A stretch of 64,000 nt of DNA from an uncultured Actinomycetes bacterium (GTDB lineage: Bacteria > Actinomycetota > Thermoleophilia > UBA2241), in assembly GCA_963755025.1 (NCBI GenBank), contig CAVWIH010000027.1, positions 1-64,000 on the forward strand, read 5' to 3'. A program made the translations under genes and the position numbers. The notes under the pieces are model-generated. The model worked only from the letters and a program-made list of their open reading frames with translations. It was not told the origin of the DNA and ran no database searches. Shown in pieces: positions 49,521-59,150 of this stretch (position 1 is the first letter of the stretch; the number at the start of each line of letters is the position of its first letter).

Positions 49521-51173
49521 ATGTCGCTGCGGCTGCGCCTGTTGCTCGCCCTGGTCGGCCTCGTGGCCGTCGGCCTGCTGGTGGCCGACGGCGTGACGTA
49601 CGTCTCGCTGCAGTCGTTCCTGCTGCAGCGCGTCGACCAGCAGCTCGAAGCCGCGCGATATCCCGTCCTGTATCAGATCGAGCGGGTCGGCTCGGGCTTG
49701 CCCGGCGACGTGCCGAACGTGACCCCGGGCGAGCAGGCCACCCTTCCACCTGGGACCTACGGCTGCCTGCTCGACGCTACGGGGCAGATCGTCGTCGGAA
49801 GTCAGGTCATCTTCTCCTACAGCTCGGCCACTGCACCCACGCCGGCGCTGCCTGCCGGCCTGGTGGCCACCACGGCCCACGACAACGGCAAGTCGACCCT
49901 TACCGTAGCGGCCGCGAGCCATTCTTCGTCGCACTTCCGGGTGCTCGCCACGCAATACGAGAACTCGTCGTACACGCTGGTCGTCGCCATCCCGCTGACC
50001 GACGTCACGCAGACTCTGCAGCGCCTGCAGCTCATCGAGGCCATCGTGACCCTGACGGTCCTGGTCGGCCTCGGCTTCCTGGCCTGGTGGATCGTGCGCC
50101 GCGAGCTGCGTCCGCTCGACGACATGGCGGCGACCGCCGGCGCGATCGCGGCCGGCGACCTCTCGCAGCGCATCGAGCGCGCCGACTCGCGTACCGAGGT
50201 CGGCCGCCTGGGGCTGGCCCTGAACGCCATGCTGGCGCAGATCGAAGCGGCCTTCACCCGCAGCCACAACTCCGAGAACGCCCTGCGCCATTTCCTTGCC
50301 CAGGCGTCGCACGAACTGCGCACGCCGCTCTCGTCGATCCGCGGCTACGCCGAGCTCTTCCGCCGCGGCGCGAAGGAGCGCCCCGAAGACCTCGACCTGG
50401 CCATGCGACGCATCGAGCAGGAAGCGGCGCGCATGGGCATCCTGGTCGAAGACCTGCTGCTGCTCGCTCGCCTCGACGAGGGCCGCGCCCTCGACCGCGG
50501 GCCCGTCGACCTTACGCAGCTCGCCGCCGACGCCGTGGCCGACGCCCGCATCCTCGAGCCCGGCCGCGACATCACGCTCGAGCATGGCGAGTCGATCGTC
50601 GTGCTGGGCGACGAGAGCCGGCTGCGCCAGGTCTTCACCAACCTCGTGGTCAACGCCCTGCGACACGGCGGCGAGCAGGCGCGAGTGCGGGTCGCCACCA
50701 GAGCGGTCGACGGCCGCGCCCTGATCGAGGTGAGCGACGACGGCGTGGGCATGACCAGCGACGTCGCCGCCCGTGTGTTCGAGCCGTTCTACCGCCCCCA
50801 GGAGTCGCGCGCCAAGGGCGAAGGCACAGCGGGGCTCGGCCTGTCGATCGTGGCGGCCATCGCCGAGGCGCACGGGGGCGGAGTCGACCTCAAGACGGCG
50901 CCCGGCCAGGGCGCGCGCTTCCGGGTGAGCCTGCCGCTCGCCGCCCCCGAGGCGCCCGACGACGGGCCGGCCCCCGGCGACGGCGCGGTGCGCGATGTCG
51001 GCGCAGCCCCGAGCTCGGCGCCGTCGTCACTAGATGCCGCGATACCGGGCGCTCCCGCAGCGCCCGGCGCTCCCGCAGCGCCCGGCGCTCCCGCGGCGCC
51101 CGCGCCGCGGCGCCCGGCGACGCAGCGCCCGCCGCAGCGCCCCACGGCCGCGCCCCGGACGGCGAGACGGTAG
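49521..51173 (+). CDS. HAMP-domain sensor histidine kinase
   Basis: Two TM, HAMP, ASHELRTPL, NLVVNA, DDGVG, FEPFYR, GLGLSIV; PGAPAA tail. Confidence 0.93.
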   Translation: MSLRLRLLLALVGLVAVGLLVADGVTYVSLQSFLLQRVDQQLEAARYPVLYQIERVGSGLPGDVPNVTPGEQATLPPGTYGCLLDATGQIVVGSQVIFSYSSATAPTPALPAGLVATTAHDNGKSTLTVAAASHSSSHFRVLATQYENSSYTLVVAIPLTDVTQTLQRLQLIEAIVTLTVLVGLGFLAWWIVRRELRPLDDMAATAGAIAAGDLSQRIERADSRTEVGRLGLALNAMLAQIEAAFTRSHNSENALRHFLAQASHELRTPLSSIRGYAELFRRGAKERPEDLDLAMRRIEQEAARMGILVEDLLLLARLDEGRALDRGPVDLTQLAADAVADARILEPGRDITLEHGESIVVLGDESRLRQVFTNLVVNALRHGGEQARVRVATRAVDGRALIEVSDDGVGMTSDVAARVFEPFYRPQESRAKGEGTAGLGLSIVAAIAEAHGGGVDLKTAPGQGARFRVSLPLAAPEAPDDGPAPGDGAVRDVGAAPSSAPSSLDAAIPGAPAAPGAPAAPGAPAAPAPRRPATQRPPQRPTAAPRTARR

Positions 51174-51286
51174 ACTAAGCCGCGGCGGCGACAGGGCCCG
51201 CACGCCGCCACCGTTGTCCGCTCGGTCCAGGCTGGACCGCGCGCACAAGGACGGCCGGCGAAACGCGACCAAGGAGCCGTAGCGCG

Positions 51287-52564
51287 ATGAGATTCGATGT
51301 CCCCTACGTGCGGCGGCAGTTCCCGGCGCTCGCCCGCACGATCGACGGGCAGCCGGCCGCCTACTTCGACAGCCCCGGAGGCACGCAGGTGCCGCAACGC
51401 GTGGTCGACGCGGTCACCGACTACCTCATCAACCACAACTCGAACGTCCACGGCTTCTTCGCCACGACGATCGAGAGCGACCACCTGCTGGCCGACGCCC
51501 GCGACGCGCTCGCCGACTTCCTGGGCTGCGACTGGGACGAGGTCGCCTTCGGCGCCAACACGACGACGCTCAACTTCCTGCTGGCGCACAGCCTCGCCCG
51601 CGACTTGCACGAGGGCGACGAGGTCGTCATCACCGAGATCGACCACGAGGCCAACCGCGGCCCTTGGCTCTCACTGCAGGACCGCGGCGTCGTGGTGCGC
51701 GAGGTGCCGGTCGACCCCGCCACCTGCACGCTCGACTGGGAGGCCTTCGCCGCCACCGTGAACGAGCGCACCAAGATCGTCGCCACCGTCTGGGCGAGCA
51801 ACGCCGTCGGCACCATCAACGACGTCGCGCGTGTCGTCGCCCTCGCCCACGAGGTCGGCGCCATCACGGTGATCGACGCGGTGCACTACGCGCTGCACGG
51901 CGTGATCGACGTCGCCGCCCTGGGCTGCGACTTTCTGCTCTGCTCGGCCTACAAGTTCTTCGCGCCGCACGTCGGTGTGCTGTACGCGCGCCGCGAGACC
52001 GCCGAGCTCGTGCGTGCCCTGCGCCTGCGCACCCAGCTGCGCGAGACGCCCTTCAAGTTCGAGACCGGCACCTTGAACCACGAGGGCATCGTCGGCGCCG
52101 GGGCGGCCGTCGAGTTCATCGCCGACATGGGCCGTCATCACCTGCGCCGCGTCGCGGCCGAGCCGGCCCTCGCCGAGCGCTTGGAGGGGCTCGACGGGCG
52201 CCGCCGTCAGATCGTGGCCGGCATGCTGGCCGCCGAGGCCCACGAGCAGCCCCTGGCGCGACGCCTGATCGACGGCCTGCGCGAGATCCCCGGCGTCACC
52301 GTCTACGGACCGCCCGACGACCACCCCCGCACCTCGACCGTGGCCTTCACCGTGAGCGGCGCGTCGCCCGAGGATGTCTGTCGCACCCTCGGCGACGAGG
52401 GCCTGTTCCTCTGGGACGGCCACTTCTACGCCATCCGGCTGGTCGAGCGGCTCGGGCTGATCGAGCGCGGCGGCCTGGTGCGCGCGGGCCTCGCGCCCTA
52501 CACGACCGCCGCCGAAGTCGAGCGCCTGCTCGCCGCGGTGGGCCGCGTGGCCACCGGGCGCTAG
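51287..52564 (+). CDS. Cysteine desulfurase-like protein (class V PLP aminotransferase)
   Basis: YFDSPGGTQVP, DHEAN, ASNAVGT, DAVH, CSAYKFF, FETGT. Confidence 0.88.
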   Translation: MRFDVPYVRRQFPALARTIDGQPAAYFDSPGGTQVPQRVVDAVTDYLINHNSNVHGFFATTIESDHLLADARDALADFLGCDWDEVAFGANTTTLNFLLAHSLARDLHEGDEVVITEIDHEANRGPWLSLQDRGVVVREVPVDPATCTLDWEAFAATVNERTKIVATVWASNAVGTINDVARVVALAHEVGAITVIDAVHYALHGVIDVAALGCDFLLCSAYKFFAPHVGVLYARRETAELVRALRLRTQLRETPFKFETGTLNHEGIVGAGAAVEFIADMGRHHLRRVAAEPALAERLEGLDGRRRQIVAGMLAAEAHEQPLARRLIDGLREIPGVTVYGPPDDHPRTSTVAFTVSGASPEDVCRTLGDEGLFLWDGHFYAIRLVERLGLIERGGLVRAGLAPYTTAAEVERLLAAVGRVATGR

Positions 52565-52576
52565 CGCCGCACGCCC

Positions 52577-53674
52577 GTGGCCGCGCCCGTGACGCGCAAG
52601 CTCTGCCTGCTCGGCTTCGGCAACGTCGGCCGGCGCTTCTGCGAGCTCGTGGCGCGCACGGGCGACGAGCTCGCCCGCGACCACGGTCTGCGCGTCGCCT
52701 TCACCGCCGTGGGCACCCGCTCGCACGGCAGCCTGCTGGCGCGCGACGGCCTGTCGGCCGCCGAGGTGCTCGCCGCGGCCGGCTGCGACCGGTCGGCCGG
52801 CGCGGGCGCCGGGCAGACCGGCGCGGGCGCCCCACCGGCCGGGCCGGCGGCGTTTCCCGACCCCGCGCGACCCGGCGCCGAGCTGGCGGCCGCCAGCGGC
52901 GCCGACGTGCTGGTCGAAGCGACCCCGCTCGACCCCCGCGGCGGCGCGGCGGCCATCGCCCACCTCGAAGCCGGGCTCACTCGGGGCATGGACGCGATCA
53001 CCGTCAACAAGGGACCCATCGCCTGGGACTACCGGCGCCTCACCGAGCTCGCCGCGGCGCACGGCCGGCGCCTGCTGTTCGAGGGCGCGGTCATGGACGG
53101 CTGCCCGGTCTTCAGCCTCTTCCGCTCGTGTCTGCCCGACTGCCGGCTGCTCGGCTTCGACGCGGTGTTCAACTCGACCACGAACTACATCCTCGACGCG
53201 ATGGGCGAGGGCGGCGGCTTCGCCGCCGCCCTCGCCCAGGTGCAGGCCGCGGGCTACGCCGAAGCCGATCCCGCCCACGACATCGACGGCCACGACGCCG
53301 CCGCCAAGACGGTCGTCCTGGCGAACGTGCTGATGGGCGCCTCGCTCACGCCCGACGACGTGCCCAAGGACGGCATCGCCGGCGTGAGCGCCGCGCGGGT
53401 GACGGCGGCGCGGGCCGCCGGACGACGGCTGCGCGTCGTCTGCTCGGCGCGCCGCGGCGCAGCCGACGGCGCCTTCGAGCACGTACGAGCAGCCGTGCGC
53501 CTCACCGAGCTTGCGCCGGAGCACCCCCTGTACGCGGCCGGCGGCTCGACCCTGTCGGTGCTGCTGCACACCGACCTCATGGGCACGCTGCAGATCGCCG
53601 AGCACGATGCCCTGCCCGAACAGACGGCCTACGCCATCTACGCCGACCTGCTGGCCATCCACGAGCGACGGTAG
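52577..53674 (+). CDS. hom: Homoserine dehydrogenase (short form, no ACT domain)
   Basis: GFGNVG, TVNKGP, FEGAVMDGCP, NSTTNYIL, GYAEADPAHDIDGHDAAAK. Confidence 0.88.
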   Translation: MAAPVTRKLCLLGFGNVGRRFCELVARTGDELARDHGLRVAFTAVGTRSHGSLLARDGLSAAEVLAAAGCDRSAGAGAGQTGAGAPPAGPAAFPDPARPGAELAAASGADVLVEATPLDPRGGAAAIAHLEAGLTRGMDAITVNKGPIAWDYRRLTELAAAHGRRLLFEGAVMDGCPVFSLFRSCLPDCRLLGFDAVFNSTTNYILDAMGEGGGFAAALAQVQAAGYAEADPAHDIDGHDAAAKTVVLANVLMGASLTPDDVPKDGIAGVSAARVTAARAAGRRLRVVCSARRGAADGAFEHVRAAVRLTELAPEHPLYAAGGSTLSVLLHTDLMGTLQIAEHDALPEQTAYAIYADLLAIHERR

Positions 53675-53682
53675 CGGCGCGG

Positions 53683-53774
53683 CGAGCGCGAAAGGGGCGA
53701 GCGGCCCGCGGGCGGCCCGTCGAGCGCGAAAGGAGCGGGCGGCCCGTCGAGCGCGAAAGGAGCGAGCGGCCCGG
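53683..53774. repeat. Three copies of a ~27-bp direct repeat between convergent genes
   Basis: CGAGCGCGAAAGGRGCGRGCGGCCCG at 53683, 53721 and 53748. Confidence 0.8.
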
Positions 53775-53803
53775 CCGCCACGAGCGGCACGGGCCCGGGC
53801 GCG

Positions 53804-54658
53804 CTACTCGGCGTTGGCCAGGGCCGTGCGGAACCGCAGGACCGCCGCCGTGTTCCAGTCGACGTGGTCGTTGCGCGCCCCCGTCAGGTCTTTGAACTGC
53901 GCCGCGTCGTTGGCCATGGCGTGGCCGATGACGTTCTCCGAGCTGATGTCGTAGGTCGCCTGCAGCCAGGCGACGAGGCGCAGGCCGGCGGCGACCTGCC
54001 GGGGGCGCGCGAAGATCTGCGCGATCGCCTGCGCGGGGCCGGAGGCCGCCGGCTGCACGAACTCTATGCCGATGGCGCACCAGTCGAGGCCCACGGTGTG
54101 CCGGGCGCGCACGTCGAGCGGCACCTGCTGGTAGATGGTGCCGTTTTCGTCGATCACGAAGTGGGCGGCGACGCCCGGCAGCTCGCCGAGCGCCGGCGCG
54201 TTCGAGGCGAACGTATTGTGGGCGGCGGCGTAGGTGGAGGTCGCCGTGTAGTGCAGCACGATGACCTGGGGGTGCAGCACCCAGGTGTCCTGCCCGTAGT
54301 GGCGCTTGCTGAAGGCCGCCATCTCGGCCCTGCGCTGCGGGCCGTAGGGCACGAGGTCCTGGACGATCGGGGGCGCGGTCACGCGCGCGTCGCCCGACGG
54401 ACTCGCGCCCGCGACCGCGCCGTTCGCCGCGCCGGTACCCGAGGGCGAAACGCTCGCCGTCGGTGAGGCGGCAGGCGAGGCGCTCGGGCTCACCGGGGCG
54501 AGCGATGCGCCGGCCACAGGGGGCGAGCTCGCCGTCGCCGCACCGTGCCAGGGCCGCCAGACCAGCGCGGCGACAGCCAGGCCGACGATCACGACGACGA
54601 TCAGCGCGACGCGGCGCCGGTGACGCCGGCGCCTGCGCGAGTCTTCGCGCCGCTCCAT
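53804..54658 (-). CDS. Membrane-anchored N-acetylmuramoyl-L-alanine amidase (Amidase_2)
   Basis: TM; IVLHYT, AHFVIDENGTIYQ, ARHTVG, IGIE, VIGH. Confidence 0.82.
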   Translation of the reverse strand: MERREDSRRRRRHRRRVALIVVVIVGLAVAALVWRPWHGAATASSPPVAGASLAPVSPSASPAASPTASVSPSGTGAANGAVAGASPSGDARVTAPPIVQDLVPYGPQRRAEMAAFSKRHYGQDTWVLHPQVIVLHYTATSTYAAAHNTFASNAPALGELPGVAAHFVIDENGTIYQQVPLDVRARHTVGLDWCAIGIEFVQPAASGPAQAIAQIFARPRQVAAGLRLVAWLQATYDISSENVIGHAMANDAAQFKDLTGARNDHVDWNTAAVLRFRTALANAE

Positions 54659-54847
54659 GCGTTCACCACGTTCCCCGGGCCGCCGTTCATGTGAAAAGAA
54701 GTCACTCACGCGCTGTCGGTCCTCACGGTCGTCGTCTTTGCGCTGCCTGCGGTGCGCCGTTTTCCTCTCAAAGGTACACGGCCCAGGCCGCTCGCGCACG
54801 TCTGAGCGGCGACTGTTGCGCTTCCGGCCCTGCGCTGCAGCCCGCCG

Positions 54848-55681
54848 TCAGACGATCAGGGCGAGCAGGCTGATGCCGGCCAGCGTGCAGGCGATGCCGA
54901 CCCACTGCTGCGGCCGCGGCCGTTCGTGCAGGAAGGCGACGCCCAGGATCACCGCAAACGTGCCGAACTGGGTGGCGGTGACCGCCGCCACGGTGAGCGG
55001 GCCCATGGCCAGGGCGAGAGTGGCGCAGACGAGCCCGCCGAGCTCGAGCAGGCCGGCGCCCGCCGCCGTGGGGCGCAGCGCGCGGGGCAGGGCAAAGCCG
55101 CCGGAGAGCAGCGCGACCGGCAGCGCGATGGCCAGCGAGACCGAGCGCGAGATGGCCGCCTGCGAGAGCCAGCTGATGTCGTGGGCGTAGCCGTACGACA
55201 CCAGGACGCAGGCAAACAGCGCGCCCGAGGCCAGCGCCCAGGGCACGCCTTTGGCCGTCTTGGCGCGGCCCTCGATCGAGGCCAGCACGGCGCCGCCGGC
55301 ACAGAGCGCGAGCGCCAGACCGATGAGCGGGGTGACGCGCTGGCCGAGCGCCACGAAGACGACCGCGGCATAGGCGCCCTGCAGGGCGTTCAGCGCGCTG
55401 ATCAGGCCCAGGTCGCCGCCGCGCAAGCCGCGCAACAGGCAGAAGAAGGCGCCGAAGTAGGTCACGCCGGCGACGGCCGCCATGCCGGCGGCGCGCCACT
55501 GCGCGCCGCCGCTCGGCAGCCCGTCGACCAGCAACGCGATGGGCACGATGATGACGGCGCCGGCGAGCAGTACCCAGACCACCTGCGTGAGGGCGCGCGC
55601 CGCGCGCGCGACCCGCTGCGAGAACAGGTCGCTGGTGGCGTAGGAAAACGCCGAGCCGAGGCCGACGAGGATGGTGAGCAC
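54848..55681 (-). CDS. EamA/DMT family transporter
   Basis: About 10 TM; LHERPRPQQWVGI. Confidence 0.82.
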   Translation of the reverse strand: MLTILVGLGSAFSYATSDLFSQRVARAARALTQVVWVLLAGAVIIVPIALLVDGLPSGGAQWRAAGMAAVAGVTYFGAFFCLLRGLRGGDLGLISALNALQGAYAAVVFVALGQRVTPLIGLALALCAGGAVLASIEGRAKTAKGVPWALASGALFACVLVSYGYAHDISWLSQAAISRSVSLAIALPVALLSGGFALPRALRPTAAGAGLLELGGLVCATLALAMGPLTVAAVTATQFGTFAVILGVAFLHERPRPQQWVGIACTLAGISLLALIV

Positions 55682-55842
55682 GGGCGCTAGTCTACAGGAG
55701 CAGCGTGAGGCGGCCGACAGGCCGCCCCGCGCCGTCGCGCGCGGTCGGGCCGCGCCCGCCGCCGCGCCTCGTCAGGCTGCGCTCGTCGCCCCGCGCTTCC
55801 GGGCTCCGCCCGGCGCGCGGCGCGCCCTCGCCCGCGCGCCGT

Positions 55843-57058
55843 CTAGCAGACCACTGGCCGGCAGACGAGGCTGTCGGCGTAGCGGCGCTGCGAGAGGTCG
55901 GCGTGCTTGGCGACGATGGTATCGGCGAGGCGGTCGAGCGCCTCGTAGTCGGCGGCGCGCGGCAGGCCCTTGACCATGACCGGCTCGAGGAACTCGACCT
56001 TGAGGCGGCCGAGGAGCTCCTGGATGGTCTCGACCGTTTTGCCGGCCCAGCCGTAGGAGCCGATCACCGTGGCGTATTTAGCCCGCGGGCGCAGCGCGTT
56101 GGCCAAAAAGGCGGCGCTGGCGGCCAGCGGGTGCGGCCCAGTGAGCACGGTCGGCGTGCCCAGCACGATGGTGCCGGCGTGCACCAGCGAGGTCGCGAGG
56201 TCGCCGGCGTCGAGCGTGGTCAGGTCGAAGCGCTCGACCGTGACGCCGCGCTCGGTGAGCGCCATGATGAGGTGGTCGACCATGAGGCGCGTGCTGTCGT
56301 GCATCGACACAAAGGGCAGGCAGACGATGTTCTGGGGCTCGCCGCCGGCCCAGTCGCGGTAGGCGTCGATGATGAACGACGGGTCGTTGTACAGCGGGCC
56401 CGTGGCTGGGCCCGATGAACTCGATGGGGTACTTCGTGACCTTGTCGATGTTCTTCAGCACCTGGGGGCCGAAGGGCATCATGATCTCGGCGTAGTAGCG
56501 CTTGGCGCCGTCGAAGACTTCGTGGCGGTCGGCGAACAGGTCGCTCGTCGCCAGGTGCGAGCCGAAGAAGTCGCAGCTGAAGAGGATCTTGTCTTCGGCC
56601 AGCCAGGTGCACATGGTCTCGGGCCAGTGCACCCACGGCGTGAACACGAAGGTCAGCGTCTTGTCGCCCAGCGAGAGGGTCTCGCCGTCGGTCACGATCA
56701 GAAAGCGGGCGTCGTCGATGTGCAGGTGGTCGATCAGCAGCGCCTTGGCCTTGGCGTTGCAGACGATGGTGAGCTCGGGGAAGCGCTCGAGCAGCAGGGG
56801 CGTGCAGCCCGCGTGATCCTGCTCGACGTGGTGGATGACCAGGTAGTCGGGCGCGGGAAGCTGGTCGAGCTGGCCGGCCAGCGTAGCCCACTTGGCCGGA
56901 TCGACCGTGTCGATCAGGGCGTTCTTCTCGCTGCCCTTCACGAAGTAGGCGTTGTAGCTTGTGCCGTCGGGCAGCGGGATGAGGGCGTCGAACAGGCGCC
57001 GGTCCCAGTCGACGTGGCCAATCAGATAGACGTTGTCGCGGATCGTTCGTGCCTTCAC
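55843..57058 (-). CDS. fprA: Flavodiiron protein FprA (frameshift near 56395)
   Basis: GTSYNAY, HVEQDHAG, HWPET, SCDFFG, PSHG; flavodoxin part SMHDST, GTPT, GSYGW. Confidence 0.9.
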
Positions 57059-57257
57059 GGGTTTCAAACCCCCATCGCAGGTGCTCGGTATCGTGCGTCG
57101 ATTATAACCGCGCCGCACACCGCCGCCGGCTGCTGAGGGCCGCGCCGCACGTCGCCGCACGCTGCTGATGACCGCGCCCCCCACATCGCCGCCCGATGCT
57201 GGCCGTGAAACGCGGAATCCCGTATCGTCTCCTGCCAGATCCGCCGAGGGAGAGAAG

Positions 57258-58892
57258 ATGAGCGACTTGATCGGGCGTACCGACTCCGCGTACGACCTTC
57301 CGCTGACCATCAACGCCATGTTCGCCGCGCCGCTCGCCAACAACCCGGAGCAGGAGATCACCTATCGCGGCCAGGTGCGCATGACCTACACCACCTTCCG
57401 CGAACGGGTCAGACGGCTCGCCGCCGCCCTGCTCGGCCTTGGCGTGAAGGCCGGCGACACCGTCGGCGTGCTCGACTGGGACAGCCATCGCTACCTCGAG
57501 TGCTTCTACGCCGTGCCCATGATCGGCGCCGTGCTGCACACCGTGAACGTGCGCCTCTCGCCCGAGCAGCTCGTCTACACGATCGATCACGCCGAAGACG
57601 ACGTGCTGCTGGTCAACGGCGAGTTCCTGCCCCTGATCGAGAACGTCAAGGGCCGCATCGACACGGTCAAGAAGATCGTGCTGCTGACCGACGACGGCGC
57701 CCCCGAGACCACGCTGTCGTTCGACGGCGAGTACGAAGCGCTGCTCGCCGCGGCCGCGCCGCTCGCGTCGTTTCCCGACTTAGACGAGAACACGCGGGCC
57801 ACCACGTTCTACTCGACCGGCACGACCGGCCTGCCGAAGGGCGTGAGCTTCAGCCACCGGCAGATCGTGCTGCACGCCCTCAGCTCGACCGCGACCATCT
57901 GCTCGGCGCGCGCCTGCCGCCTGTCGCGCGAAGACGTCTACATGCCGCTCACCCCCATGTTCCACGTGCACGCCTGGGGGATCCCGTACATCGCCACGAT
58001 GCTGGGCATCAAGCAGGTCTACCCGGGCAAGTACGTGCCCGACGTCCTGCTCAAGTTGCTCGTGAGCGAACAGGTCACCTACTCGCACTGCGTGCCGTCG
58101 ATCCTCCACATGCTGGTCACCAACCCGTCCACCGCCGCGGTCGACCTCTCGAAGTGGAAGGTGATCATCGGCGGCGCGGCGCTGCCCCGCTCGACCGCGC
58201 TGGCCGCCCTGAAGCGCGGCGTCGACGTGGTCGTAGGCTACGGGCTGTCGGAGACCTGTCCGGTGCTCACCGTCTCCGACCTTTCGGCCGCGCAGTGCCA
58301 GCTGCCGCCCGAGGAGCAGGTGCCGCTGCGCACCCGGACCGGCACGCCGATCGCCCTCGTCGAGCTCAAGATCGTCGACGAGCAGGGCGGCGAGGTGCCG
58401 CACGACGACAAGGCCACCGGCGAGATCGTGGTGCGCGCTCCCTGGCTCACGCAGAGCTACCACAAGGACCGCGCCAACTCCGAGAAGCTCTGGAAGGACG
58501 GCTGGCTGCACACGCAGGACATCGCCGCCTGGGACATCCACGACTCGGTGCGCATCACCGACCGCGCCAAAGACATCGTCAAGGTCGGCGGCGAATGGCT
58601 CTCGTCGCTCGAGCTCGAGGACATCCTCTCGTCGCACCCCGCCGTCGCCGAGGCCGCGGTGATCGCCCGCCCCGACGACAAGTGGGGCGAGGCGCCCCTG
58701 GGGCTGATCGTCACGCGGCCGGGACACGAGGTCACGGCCAAAGAGCTGCACGTACACGTGAAGAGCTTCATCGCCGCCGGCGTGCTGCCGCGCGAAGCGG
58801 TGCTCACCACCGTGCGCTTCGTCGAGTCGATCGACCGCACGGGGATCGGCAAGATCAACAAGGTGACGCTGCGCGAGAAGTACCTGGACTAG
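57258..58892 (+). CDS. Fatty acid-CoA ligase (AlkK/DmdB-like)
   Basis: YSTGTTGLPKG, PMFHVHAWG, GYGLSET, GWLHTQD, DRAKDIVKVGGEW, GKINK. Confidence 0.9.
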   Translation: MSDLIGRTDSAYDLPLTINAMFAAPLANNPEQEITYRGQVRMTYTTFRERVRRLAAALLGLGVKAGDTVGVLDWDSHRYLECFYAVPMIGAVLHTVNVRLSPEQLVYTIDHAEDDVLLVNGEFLPLIENVKGRIDTVKKIVLLTDDGAPETTLSFDGEYEALLAAAAPLASFPDLDENTRATTFYSTGTTGLPKGVSFSHRQIVLHALSSTATICSARACRLSREDVYMPLTPMFHVHAWGIPYIATMLGIKQVYPGKYVPDVLLKLLVSEQVTYSHCVPSILHMLVTNPSTAAVDLSKWKVIIGGAALPRSTALAALKRGVDVVVGYGLSETCPVLTVSDLSAAQCQLPPEEQVPLRTRTGTPIALVELKIVDEQGGEVPHDDKATGEIVVRAPWLTQSYHKDRANSEKLWKDGWLHTQDIAAWDIHDSVRITDRAKDIVKVGGEWLSSLELEDILSSHPAVAEAAVIARPDDKWGEAPLGLIVTRPGHEVTAKELHVHVKSFIAAGVLPREAVLTTVRFVESIDRTGIGKINKVTLREKYLD

Positions 58893-58896
58893 CGAG

Positions 58897-58942
58897 CGGC
58901 AGGGGGCGGCGGCGGGCACAAGCCCGCCGCCGCCCCCTGCCG
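58897..58942. terminator. 21-bp perfect hairpin, probable terminator
   Basis: CGGCAGGGGGCGGCGGCGGGC-ACAA-GCCCGCCGCCGCCCCCTGCCG immediately after the ligase stop. Confidence 0.7.
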
Positions 58943-59001
58943 TCACGCTCAAGGCCGGCGTACCCGCTCGGGAGGCGGCGAACTCGCCGCCGGCGAGCTC
59001 A

Positions 59002-59073
59002 TCAGGTCGAGGCCAGCAGCGCCAGCGCGACGATGAGCAGCGCGCTACCGAGCACCCACCAGCGTGTCCTCAT
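59002..59073 (-). CDS. Putative 23-aa hydrophobic small protein
   Basis: MRTRWWVLGSALLIVALALLAST*, preceded by GAAGAGGGG-ACC. Confidence 0.4.
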   Translation of the reverse strand: MRTRWWVLGSALLIVALALLAST

Positions 59074-59150
59074 GGTCCCCTCTTCGTCGTCTCGCCTGTG
59101 ATACCGCGCCAAGGCGACGGCGAGTCGTGTTGGGGAGCGGCTTCGGTCGT

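Noticed and set aside
53683-53774. CRISPR array
   Set aside because: The repeats are adjacent or nearly so, with no unique spacers, and there are no cas genes.
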